Source: an uncultured Actinomycetota bacterium
GTDB taxonomy: Bacteria; Actinomycetota; Actinomycetes; CAVWCF01
Length of the DNA: 64,000 nucleotides
Reading direction: 5' to 3'
Assembly (NCBI GenBank): GCA_963753435.1
Contig: CAVWCF010000001.1
Location: 1,626,711-1,690,710, forward strand
Shown: one piece after another, positions 31,540 to 39,957 of the stretch
Layout of the letters: the number at the start of each line of letters is the position of its first letter
Numbering within the stretch: the first letter of the stretch is position 1
Notes under the pieces: model-generated
Database searches by the model: none
What the model was told of the DNA's origin: nothing
What the model saw: the letters and a program-made list of their open reading frames with translations, nothing else
Translations under genes and position numbers: made by a program

Positions 31540-32688
31540 TCACGGCGACGTGTTGCTGAACCGGGCCGGCGAGACACTGTCGACCTCCGCCTGGCTGACT
31601 CCGGCCGGGAGCGGCCCGCCCTCGATCAGGGCGGCCACGAGCGCACCGGCCGCCGGAGCGGTTTGGATGCCGAAACCGCCCTGACCAGCGCACCAATGCA
31701 GACCCGGCACCTGCGGGTCCGGGCCCAGCACGAGTCCCCGGTCCGGGGCGAAGGTGCGTAGCCCCGCCCACTCGTGTTGCACGGCGCGGATCTGCAAGGT
31801 GGTCGCGGCATTGATCTCCTCGATGGCTCCGGCCACGTCGACCATCTCCACCCGGGCGTCGACCGGTTCGGAAGGGGTCTCATCCGCAGGGGAGCACAAC
31901 AGGCCGTCGCCTTCGGGCTTGAAGTAGTAGCGCTCCGCAACGTCGTGCACCAGTGGCCAACCGCGGGCCTGCGGGTACGGGCCCACCGTGAACGCCGTTC
32001 GCCGCAGCGGTTGCAGCCCCACCGGTTGCGCCTGGCCCATCACAGCAACGATGTCGGCCCAGGCGCCGGCGGCGTTGACCACGTGGCGGCAGCGGATCGG
32101 TCCGGAACTGGTGAGCAGCCGCCACCGGTCGTCGACGAACCGCAACCCCAGCACCTCACAACGAACCCGGACCTCACCGCCGCTTCGGCGCAGTCCCTTG
32201 ATGAACGCGGCGTGCAGCGCCGCCACGTCGATGTCGCTGGCGTCCGGCTCGTAGACGCCGGCCACGGCCGCCTCGGGCCGAAGCACCGGGCAGAGTCGGC
32301 GCACCTCGTCGCCGTCGATCAGTTGGATGCTTGGCACCAGCCGCCGACCGTCCTCGGCTTTCTGCCGCAGCAGGTCCAGGTCGGACTCGCGCCCGACTTC
32401 CAGCATGGGCCGTGGGCTGAGCAGCGAATGGGGAACCAGGTCGTCCGGGGGCTCCTGCAGGAAAGACCGGGAGGCCAGGGTGAGTCGGCGTACCGTCTCG
32501 TCGCCGTAGTTCTCCAGGTACTGCGCGGCGCTGCGACCGGTGGTGTGGAACGCGAGTTCGCTTTCCCGCTCGACGAGAATCACGCGCGCACCAGCTCGGG
32601 ACGCCCAGTAGGCGACCGACGCGCCAGCGATCCCGCCGCCGATCACCGCCACGTCGGCGGTGTCGGTCTTGTCGACGATTGCAGTCAC
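31540..32688 (-). CDS. FAD-dependent oxidoreductase (DadA/glycine-oxidase-like)
   Basis: N-terminal dinucleotide fold VAVIGGGIAGASVAYW; GTG start 32688 with AGGA upstream (ORF-track N-terminal extension unlikely). Confidence 0.8.
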   Translation of the reverse strand: MTAIVDKTDTADVAVIGGGIAGASVAYWASRAGARVILVERESELAFHTTGRSAAQYLENYGDETVRRLTLASRSFLQEPPDDLVPHSLLSPRPMLEVGRESDLDLLRQKAEDGRRLVPSIQLIDGDEVRRLCPVLRPEAAVAGVYEPDASDIDVAALHAAFIKGLRRSGGEVRVRCEVLGLRFVDDRWRLLTSSGPIRCRHVVNAAGAWADIVAVMGQAQPVGLQPLRRTAFTVGPYPQARGWPLVHDVAERYYFKPEGDGLLCSPADETPSEPVDARVEMVDVAGAIEEINAATTLQIRAVQHEWAGLRTFAPDRGLVLGPDPQVPGLHWCAGQGGFGIQTAPAAGALVAALIEGGPLPAGVSQAEVDSVSPARFSNTSP

Positions 32689-32742
32689 CGGCTCATCCTG
32701 GCGCCTGCTGCGATCCGCGTGCGGCACTTCTAGGCTCTGCGC

Positions 32743-33714
32743 ATGTGGGATTCGGTGCGGCACCGCGCCGCGCACCTGGTGCGACCGCACTCCCACGACA
32801 CCACGGACAAGGTCGACAGCGCCCTGGCGACCAGCCGAGAGGGGCTGCGCGCGCTGTGGCTGTCGTTCCTGGCGCTCATGGTCACAGCGGGACTGCAAGC
32901 GATCGTGGTCGTATTCACCGGCAGCGTGGCGCTGCTGTCAGACACGCTGCACAACCTCGCCGATGCGTTGACGGCGATCCCAATCGCTATCGCTTTCCTC
33001 CTGGGACGGCGGCAGGCGACGCGGGCGTACACGTACGGCTTCGGCCGCGCGGAGGATCTCGCCGGGCTGGTTGTGGTGCTGTTCATCGCTGCCTCGGCGT
33101 TCTCCGCCGCGTACACCGCGATCCGGCGTTTCGTCGAGCCGCAGGAAGTCGAGTACGTCGGCGCGGTCGCCGCGGCCGGGGTGATCGGCTTCATCGGCAA
33201 CGAGCTGGTCGCGCGCTACCGCATCAGGGTCGGCCGCCGGATCGGCTCGGCCGCCCTGGTCGCCGACGGGTTGCACGCGCGCACCGACGGGTTGACGTCG
33301 CTGGCGGTGCTGGTGTCGGCCGTTGGCTTGGCAATCGGTTGGGAGTGGGCCGACCCGGCGGTGGGCCTGCTGATCACCGTGGCGATCCTGTACGTGCTGC
33401 GCGACGCCACCCGGCAGGTGTGGCGGCGGCTGATGGACGCCGTCGACCCCGACCTCGTCGACGCCGCCGATGCCGTGCTGCGAGAGACACCTGGCGTGGT
33501 GGACGTGCGCAATCTCCGGCTGCGCTGGACCGGTCACGACCTGCGCGGTGCGGTCGATCTCGAAGTCGCGGCGGATCTGTCCTTGCGGCAGGCGCACGCA
33601 ATCGCCGAGGACGCCGAGCACCGACTGATCCACGCCATCCCCCGGCTGCAGTCCGTGGCGGTGCACACCGACCCGGCCGGGTACGAGCACACCGACCTGG
33701 ACCACCACCGATAA
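32743..33714 (+). CDS. cation diffusion facilitator (CDF) family metal efflux transporter
   Basis: 6 TM, HxxxD-type motifs (SDTLHNLAD, DGLHARTD), C-terminal cytoplasmic His-rich end. Confidence 0.85.
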   Translation: MWDSVRHRAAHLVRPHSHDTTDKVDSALATSREGLRALWLSFLALMVTAGLQAIVVVFTGSVALLSDTLHNLADALTAIPIAIAFLLGRRQATRAYTYGFGRAEDLAGLVVVLFIAASAFSAAYTAIRRFVEPQEVEYVGAVAAAGVIGFIGNELVARYRIRVGRRIGSAALVADGLHARTDGLTSLAVLVSAVGLAIGWEWADPAVGLLITVAILYVLRDATRQVWRRLMDAVDPDLVDAADAVLRETPGVVDVRNLRLRWTGHDLRGAVDLEVAADLSLRQAHAIAEDAEHRLIHAIPRLQSVAVHTDPAGYEHTDLDHHR

Positions 33715-33746
33715 GTGCCTGAACCACCGATGAGAGGAATGCGTCG

Positions 33747-34271
33747 ATGAGCGCTGCACACCCGTGGCTGGAGCCGCAGTCCTGGCCCACCGAACCGCTG
33801 CCGCGGGCGGCGTTGGAGCGCGAGATCGAGCGGGTGTTGACGCTGACCAACATCGGCTACTTGGCGACCATCGCCAAGGACGGTTCGCCGATCGTGTCGC
33901 CGGTGGAGTTCTACGCCGACGGTTTGACCGTCTACGTCTACCCACAACCGAAGTCGCCGAAGTTGGCCGCGATGCGCCGCGACCCCCGCGTGTCCTTCGC
34001 CGTGGCCAACCCGGTGGCTGGTTGGGCCAGCGCGTTCGGCGTGCAGATGTTCGGATCGGTCGACCTGCTCGAGGCCGACTCACCGGACTACGCGCGCGGC
34101 ATGGAGGTCTTCAAGTGGATCACCTCCTACTGGGAGGTGGGCCGACCGCTGGAAAGCGGACCGCCCACGGGCACGCTGATGCGGCTGGCGCCGGAGCGGG
34201 TGGTCCTCACTCAGCACTTCCTGCGGCGCGACGGGTACGCGCCACGCCAGACCTGGCGCCGGGAGGACTAG
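33747..34271 (+). CDS. pyridoxamine 5'-phosphate oxidase-related (PPOX-class FMN/F420-binding split-barrel) protein
   Basis: Split-barrel family pattern (NIGYLATI..DGSP.V.PV). Confidence 0.7.
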   Translation: MSAAHPWLEPQSWPTEPLPRAALEREIERVLTLTNIGYLATIAKDGSPIVSPVEFYADGLTVYVYPQPKSPKLAAMRRDPRVSFAVANPVAGWASAFGVQMFGSVDLLEADSPDYARGMEVFKWITSYWEVGRPLESGPPTGTLMRLAPERVVLTQHFLRRDGYAPRQTWRRED

Positions 34272-34504
34272 CCGAGCGCGAGGTACTGGCCCGATCCCGC
34301 CAAGACGCACCTGTAGTGCGAGAACGCACCCTTGGTGCCCAAACGCATCCGGCGCGGATGCGATCTGGCTTCAACGTTGCCAACCAGTCAGCGTCCAGCG
34401 CGAACTTGGGCGATACGCGCATTCCCCAGTGGGATTAGTGGGACGCTGACGTGCGACCTTCAGGCCGCACTTGAATCCGAAACCCTCCCCGAAGGGAGAC
34501 GTTC

Positions 34505-34789
34505 ATGGCGCGTTTGCATGCTGAGTTCACTGTTGGCGACTACGGGCAGTGGAAGGCAATGTTCGACAACGATCCCGCCGGCCGACAGGCCGGTGGCGTC
34601 CGCTCGTACCAGATCAGTCGAGGTGTCCAGGAACCCAACCACGTGCTGCTCGACATGGAGTTCGATGACTCCGCGACGGCCGAGGCATTCCTGGAGCGGC
34701 TGCAGCCGGTCTGGTCATCGGCCCCGGCTGGGGCGATTCAGTCACCGACTGGAATCGTTGTCGAAACCCAGGACGTGGTGAGCGTCTAG
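34505..34789 (+). CDS. small hypothetical protein (94 aa)
   Basis: GAAGGGAG SD 6 nt before ATG; GC3-biased codons. Confidence 0.5.
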   Translation: MARLHAEFTVGDYGQWKAMFDNDPAGRQAGGVRSYQISRGVQEPNHVLLDMEFDDSATAEAFLERLQPVWSSAPAGAIQSPTGIVVETQDVVSV

Positions 34790-34847
34790 CGACCCATTCG
34801 GCGCCGTCGCGCTGGCGCTGGCGACGCTGCCCCCGGCCGCAGAGCCG

Positions 34848-35558
34848 CTATTGGACAGTAGCCAGCAGGAACGCTGAACGGGACGCCAATAGGCCGCGAA
34901 GAACCAGGAATCCGACCAGCCCACCGGCGATCAGGTCCGAGGCCCAGTGCGTCCCGCGCAGGATCGAGCACGCGGTGACGACCGCCCACGGTCCCCACAG
35001 CCAACCCCGGCTCAGTCGCGGTTCGCGGCCCAGCAGTTCGGCGGTGAGTACGGCGGCCACGCCCCAGAAGACGACTGCGCCGGCGGCGTGCCCGGAGGGG
35101 AACGCCAACCCGCCGTCCCACCAGTCGGCCACCGGTTCGTGCGGGAAGTTGCGCCCGAGGATGACTTTGAGGCCCCCGGTCGTGAGCGTGAACGCCAGTG
35201 GTGTGGCCAAGGCGAGCAGCAGCGGCGCCCACTGGCGACGGCGCACCGCCGCGGCGACGCCGAGGGCCAGGACCAGGACGGTGAGCGGGCCGCGCTGACC
35301 GACGACCTCGAGAACCCGTAGGGCCGAATCCCACTCGGTACCGGCGGCTCGGGACACCGAGACCGTGATTCGGCCGTCCAACCGTTCGCCTAGCGGGCTG
35401 AGGGCGAACAGGAACAGCGCGACGAAACCGAGGGCCGCGGTCACTACCGCGGCGTCGGACAACTCCCGGCGCAGCCCGGCATACCAGTCGGCCAATCGAA
35501 TACCCCCGTGACGCGCGCCCGTCGGCGCGCCGCCAATACTGCCTGAGGCCGCTCGCAC
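34848..35558 (-). CDS. PAP2 superfamily phosphatase (membrane); start uncertain (GTG 35558 or TTG 35564; ORF-track 35642 overlaps upstream gene)
   Basis: PAP2 motifs KxxxxxxRP-like, PSGH, SRxxxxxHxxxD (SRGWLW...HWASD), 5-6 TM. Confidence 0.7.
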   Translation of the reverse strand: MRAASGSIGGAPTGARHGGIRLADWYAGLRRELSDAAVVTAALGFVALFLFALSPLGERLDGRITVSVSRAAGTEWDSALRVLEVVGQRGPLTVLVLALGVAAAVRRRQWAPLLLALATPLAFTLTTGGLKVILGRNFPHEPVADWWDGGLAFPSGHAAGAVVFWGVAAVLTAELLGREPRLSRGWLWGPWAVVTACSILRGTHWASDLIAGGLVGFLVLRGLLASRSAFLLATVQ

Positions 35559-35593
35559 ACCCAAGCCGGGGGAAGCTGCCGTTCCGCCGCCGG

Positions 35594-36262
35594 TCAGGCG
35601 GTGAGCGTCGCTGAGGTGAACCCGACCTCGAAGGCGCGGCACCAGATGACCACCGAGGTGAACCGGGTCAGGTCGACGTCAGCTCCGATGGCGTACTGCT
35701 GGTCGCCAACGTTGCCCTTGAGCGCGCCCAAGTCCACGACCTCGCCCAGTTCTGCGCCGCTGGCCGGATCACCCTCGGCCAGGTAGACGCGCAGGTCCGG
35801 TCCCGGGTCGGTCTCGAAACCGGTGAACGTCAGCACCGAGGTGCCATCGGGGTTGGTGAGGATGGTGGCCGTCCCCGCGCCGGGGTGGGCGATGGGCGCG
35901 AACTGGCCGGAGGCGACCTCCTCGACCCCCACTACCTCGGCCGTGACCACTTCTTCGTTCACGGTGCGGTCGAGCACCGTCGGCAAACCCACCAGCAGCG
36001 TGACGGCGATCGAGGCCAGGCCGAAACCGGCGCCCAAAGGCAGCCACAGGTCACGACGGCGGCGCACCAACAGGTAGCCGCCCACGAGGACGGCGCCGAA
36101 CCAGGCGGCAGTCAGCAGCATCGCCACCTGGTCGTTGTTGGCCAGTCGGCCCATCGCGAAGACGCCGACCGTGAGCACGGCCAGGATCGCGACGAACGCG
36201 CCGACCTTGCCGGGTATCGACGTAGTGGGTGCGTCGGGTCGCTTGGTGGGTAGCAGTTGCAT
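35594..36262 (-). CDS. DM13 domain protein with N-terminal TM anchor
   Basis: C-terminal DM13-like beta domain (GPDLRVYL...); GAGGAGGA SD 4 nt before ATG 36262. Confidence 0.65.
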   Translation of the reverse strand: MQLLPTKRPDAPTTSIPGKVGAFVAILAVLTVGVFAMGRLANNDQVAMLLTAAWFGAVLVGGYLLVRRRRDLWLPLGAGFGLASIAVTLLVGLPTVLDRTVNEEVVTAEVVGVEEVASGQFAPIAHPGAGTATILTNPDGTSVLTFTGFETDPGPDLRVYLAEGDPASGAELGEVVDLGALKGNVGDQQYAIGADVDLTRFTSVVIWCRAFEVGFTSATLTA

Positions 36263-36335
36263 TGAGTCCTCCTCGGTCATGGCTGCCAACGCGCCGCGCC
36301 GCGGGACTTGTTCCGGATCAGTCCTTACGGAGTTC

Positions 36336-37838
36336 TCACGAGCGGCCTAGCACCGTAGGCATCCGCATCCGCGCCAACCGGCCCACCGAGTCGACGCTGC
36401 GCCCGTAGCCGCGCCCGCTGACGGTCAGCCGGAACTCGCCGGTGTCCAGTTGTGAGGACAACTCCGCCCAGTGCTCGCCGTGCTCCCAGCGCTGCTGCAA
36501 GGCGTTCGCGGTGGCGGTGAAGGAGAACTCCCCGGCGAAGGCGGGATGCTCGTTGCGCAACCGGACGGCGTTGAGGGTGGCCCGCACCACCGGCCGCCGC
36601 AGCGCGGACGCGATCTCGCTGCGGGTGTAGCGGTGCCGGTTGATATCGCGAGCCTCGCCGGTCTGCGCCAACAGCGCCTGATCGTTGGCCCCGGCCAGCA
36701 GCCCCACGTAGTACAGCTGCGGCAGGCCCGGGGTGAACAGTTGAATGAGCCGCGAGAGCAGGTGCAGGTCGTCGTCCTGACCGACCGCGCTGTACCAGGT
36801 GCAGTTGAGCCGGTATCGGTTCAGTTCTGCGGGGCTGCGTTCGTTGGCGCGCTGAGCGCCGTCACCGGTGTGCTCGTAGACGTGAGCGAACAGCGCCTCG
36901 ATCTGCTCGTCGTTCAGCAGCCCTTCCAGACCCCGCGGGTCATCGGCGGCGTCGATGATGCCGATGCCGTCGTGGGTGTCCAGAACCGTCAACGCGTTGT
37001 GGGGCCGCTTGGCCAACCATCTCGCCAGCGGTTGGGAATCGCCGGTGAGGATGCCGTGCAGCACCAACGGGGCCAGCGCGAAGTCGTACACGTAGTCGAC
37101 GCACTCGGCCAGCCGCCACTGGTAGGAGTGGTGGGCGTGAACCTCAGCGACGGTCTTGACGCCCATCTCGCCGGCCAGTTCGGTCACCCGCTGCAGCCCG
37201 TCGAGGGTGTCGGGGATGAGGAAGCAGGAGGTGCCCGCCTTCTTGATGGCGTAGCCGACGGCATCCAGCCGGACCAGGCGCACGCCGTTCTCGGCGAGCA
37301 GGAACAACGTGTCGCGCAGGTAGTTCAACGCGCCGGGGTCGAACAGGTCCAGGTCGACCTGGTCGCGGGTGAACGTCGTCCACAGCAACCTCCTGGTGCC
37401 GTCGTCGAAGTCCATCGGGGTGAACGGCAACCCGGGTCGCGGTCGGTAGATGGCGGCCAGGTCGTCCTGGGATGCGCCTTCGGGGAAGACCTTGCCGTAG
37501 GTGAGGAACATGTTCGCGAACTCGGACTCGTCGCCCTTGGCGCAGAAGTCGCGGAACTGTTCGGATTGCGCGGACATGTGGTTGACGATCAGGTCGGCCA
37601 TCACATTGGTCTGTCCGGCCAGCCAGCGCACGTCCTCCCAGGTGCCCACCCGCTCGTCGACGCGTTGGTGATCGATCGGGTCGAAGCCCGCGTCGGCGCC
37701 GTCGATGCGTTCGTAGAACGGCAGCAGGTGTACGCCGTCGAAGGCGTCCTCCAGCGGTCCGCTCAGCACCTGCGCCAGTCCGCGCAGTGATCCGCCCAGC
37801 CGGTCGGCGTAGGCGATCAACTGGGCGGGTTCGCGCAT
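36336..37838 (-). CDS. GH13_18 sucrose phosphorylase-family glycoside phosphorylase (sucrose/glucosylglycerate phosphorylase-like)
   Basis: GH13 catalytic regions (RLDAVGY, ...EVHA..., VLDTHDGIG) and sucrose-phosphorylase-like length. Confidence 0.8.
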   Translation of the reverse strand: MREPAQLIAYADRLGGSLRGLAQVLSGPLEDAFDGVHLLPFYERIDGADAGFDPIDHQRVDERVGTWEDVRWLAGQTNVMADLIVNHMSAQSEQFRDFCAKGDESEFANMFLTYGKVFPEGASQDDLAAIYRPRPGLPFTPMDFDDGTRRLLWTTFTRDQVDLDLFDPGALNYLRDTLFLLAENGVRLVRLDAVGYAIKKAGTSCFLIPDTLDGLQRVTELAGEMGVKTVAEVHAHHSYQWRLAECVDYVYDFALAPLVLHGILTGDSQPLARWLAKRPHNALTVLDTHDGIGIIDAADDPRGLEGLLNDEQIEALFAHVYEHTGDGAQRANERSPAELNRYRLNCTWYSAVGQDDDLHLLSRLIQLFTPGLPQLYYVGLLAGANDQALLAQTGEARDINRHRYTRSEIASALRRPVVRATLNAVRLRNEHPAFAGEFSFTATANALQQRWEHGEHWAELSSQLDTGEFRLTVSGRGYGRSVDSVGRLARMRMPTVLGRS

Positions 37839-37869
37839 TGGCAAAGAATGGCATTGCCCGCCCGGTCGG

Positions 37870-39246
37870 TCAGCCCAGCGGCTCGAATCTCGCGGTGAAG
37901 TGCCGCAGGCTGCTCGGCTGCGACGCGATCCGGTAGCCGCGCAGGGCGGACGCCTCGGCGGCGACGCGGGTGCACACCTCGATCACGTAGTCGATGTGGG
38001 ACTGGGTGTAGGTGCGCCGGGGGATGGCCAGGCGCACCAGATCCATGGCGGCCGGGGTCTCGGTGCCGTCGGGGGCGCGACCGAACATGACCGTGCCGAT
38101 CTCGCAGCCGCGCACCCCACCGGTCTCGTACAGGGCCACAGCCAACGCCTGTCCCGGGTACTGCAGCGGCGGGATGTGCGGCAGCAGGGACCGGGCGTCC
38201 AGATAGACGGCGTGCCCGCCGATGGGTTGCACCACTGGGACGCCGGCCTCGGCAAGGGCTTCGCCCAGGTAGGCGGTGGAGCGGATGCGGTAGCGCAGGT
38301 AGTCGTGGTCGACGGACTCGGTGAGGCCCTGCGCCAGCGCCTCCAGGTCGCGCCCGGCCAGACCGCCGTAGGTCGGGAAGCCCTCGGTGAGGATCAGCAG
38401 CGTGCGGCATTGCTCGGCCAGGGCGTCATCGTTCATCGCCAGCCAACCGCCGATGTTGCCCAGCGGGTCCTTCTTGGCGCTCATGGTCATGCCGTCGGCC
38501 AGCGCCGCCATCTCGCGGACGATGTCGGCGACGTCGCGATCGCCCTGACCGTCCTCGCGTTCGCGGATGAACCAGGCGTTCTCGGCGAACCGGCAGGCGT
38601 CCAGGAACAGCGGTTTGCCGTAGCGGTCGCAGACAGCGCGGACCTCGCGCAGGTTGGCCAGGCTGACCGGTTGACCGCCGCCGGAGTTGTTGGTGACGGT
38701 GACCATGACCACCGGAACGTCCGCGGCGCGGTCCGCCAGCAGGTCATTCAGCGCGGCGGTGTCCAGGTTTCCCTTGAACGGATGCCGGCTGGCGGGGTCG
38801 CGGCCCTCGGCGATGACCAGGTCGACGGCTTCGGCGCCGGTGTATTCCACGTTTGCGCGGGTGGTGTCGAAGTGGGTGTTGCTCGGCACCACCTTGCCGG
38901 GGCCACCGACTGCGGTGAACAGGATCTTCTCCGCAGCGCGTCCCTGGTGGGTTGGGATCACATGCTCGAAGGGGAACAGGTTGCGCACCGCGTCGAGGAA
39001 GACGAACCAGCTGGGGGAACCGGCGTAGGACTCGTCGCCGCGTTGGATCGCGGCCCATTGGTCGCGGCTCATCGCACCGGTGCCGGAATCGGTGAGCAGG
39101 TCGATCAGCACGTCGGTGGCGCGCAGCCCGAAGAGGTTGTATCCGGCCTCTTCCAGGGCCTGTTTGCGTTGGTCCCGGGTGTTCATGTGCAGTGGCTCGA
39201 CGGCATGGATCCGGAACGGCTCGATGATCGTGCGGAACTCGTCCAT
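37870..39246 (-). CDS. tnaA: tryptophanase / tyrosine phenol-lyase family beta-eliminating lyase (PLP)
   Basis: Collinear with E. coli TnaA over full length (EPFRI, LLTDSGTGA, PTHQGR, SAKKD PLP-lysine, TYTQSH, RHFTA). Confidence 0.85.
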   Translation of the reverse strand: MDEFRTIIEPFRIHAVEPLHMNTRDQRKQALEEAGYNLFGLRATDVLIDLLTDSGTGAMSRDQWAAIQRGDESYAGSPSWFVFLDAVRNLFPFEHVIPTHQGRAAEKILFTAVGGPGKVVPSNTHFDTTRANVEYTGAEAVDLVIAEGRDPASRHPFKGNLDTAALNDLLADRAADVPVVMVTVTNNSGGGQPVSLANLREVRAVCDRYGKPLFLDACRFAENAWFIREREDGQGDRDVADIVREMAALADGMTMSAKKDPLGNIGGWLAMNDDALAEQCRTLLILTEGFPTYGGLAGRDLEALAQGLTESVDHDYLRYRIRSTAYLGEALAEAGVPVVQPIGGHAVYLDARSLLPHIPPLQYPGQALAVALYETGGVRGCEIGTVMFGRAPDGTETPAAMDLVRLAIPRRTYTQSHIDYVIEVCTRVAAEASALRGYRIASQPSSLRHFTARFEPLG

Positions 39247-39312
39247 GGCGTCACCTTGGCCAATGGCGGGGACGCTGCGTGGGAGAATGGTGTTTTGGTG
39301 AAGGGGAGACTC

Positions 39313-39906
39313 ATGAGACGTGCGTTGATCATTCCGGCGTTGGCGGCGGCCCTCCTTCTGGCCAGTTGCGGCGGCGACGGCGATGAGGACGCGTCGAGCA
39401 CCACCAGCCCGTCCAGCTCTCCTTCGGCCAGCCCTTCCGCCAGCCCGTCCGTGAGTCCGTCACTTGAGGGCGCCGGCTTCGGTCCCTTCACCTCCGATGC
39501 CGCGGGCACGCGGGTCTCGTTCCTCACCGATGTGCGGGTTGCGGCACAGGCTGGCTTCGACCGGGTTGCGTTGCAGTTCGACGGCGCCGTTCCCGGCTAC
39601 CTAATCGAGTACTACGACGGGCCCTACCTCAACACCGCGGGCAACGAGGTGGACATTGAGGGCTCAGCCTTCATCCGGTTGATCATGGAGCCGGCCAGCG
39701 GCGTGGACCTTTCGGTCGACCCCTTCGTGGAGACCTACGAGGGACCGGACCGGATCAGCTCCGACACGGTCAACGTGACCGAGGCGGTTCTGGTCGACGA
39801 CTTCGAGGCCAACATGGTCTGGGCGATCGGCGTCAACGAGAAGAAGCCGTTCGCGGTGTCCATCCTGGAGGACCCGAACCGCCTGGTGGTTGACGTACTG
39901 CAGTAA
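39313..39906 (+). CDS. hypothetical lipoprotein (197 aa)
   Basis: AGGGGAG SD, signal peptide with lipobox LLASC; Ser/Pro-rich linker; only the 3' part of the 668-aa ORF-track frame is coding. Confidence 0.65.
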   Translation: MRRALIIPALAAALLLASCGGDGDEDASSTTSPSSSPSASPSASPSVSPSLEGAGFGPFTSDAAGTRVSFLTDVRVAAQAGFDRVALQFDGAVPGYLIEYYDGPYLNTAGNEVDIEGSAFIRLIMEPASGVDLSVDPFVETYEGPDRISSDTVNVTEAVLVDDFEANMVWAIGVNEKKPFAVSILEDPNRLVVDVLQ

Positions 39907-39957
39907 TGCGGGGGCCGACTTCCGTGCGACGGACTGCCTGTCGTTTGTGGTGAAGCG

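Noticed and set aside
35559-35642. ATG 35642 as PAP2 start
   Set aside because: Would overlap the upstream DM13 gene by 48 nt and adds a non-hydrophobic, Arg/Gly-rich extension; GTG 35558 or TTG 35564 fit better
37900-39312. 5' two-thirds of the 668-aa plus-strand ORF
   Set aside because: Antisense to the tryptophanase gene; only the 3' part from ATG 39313 (SD + lipobox signal peptide) is credible
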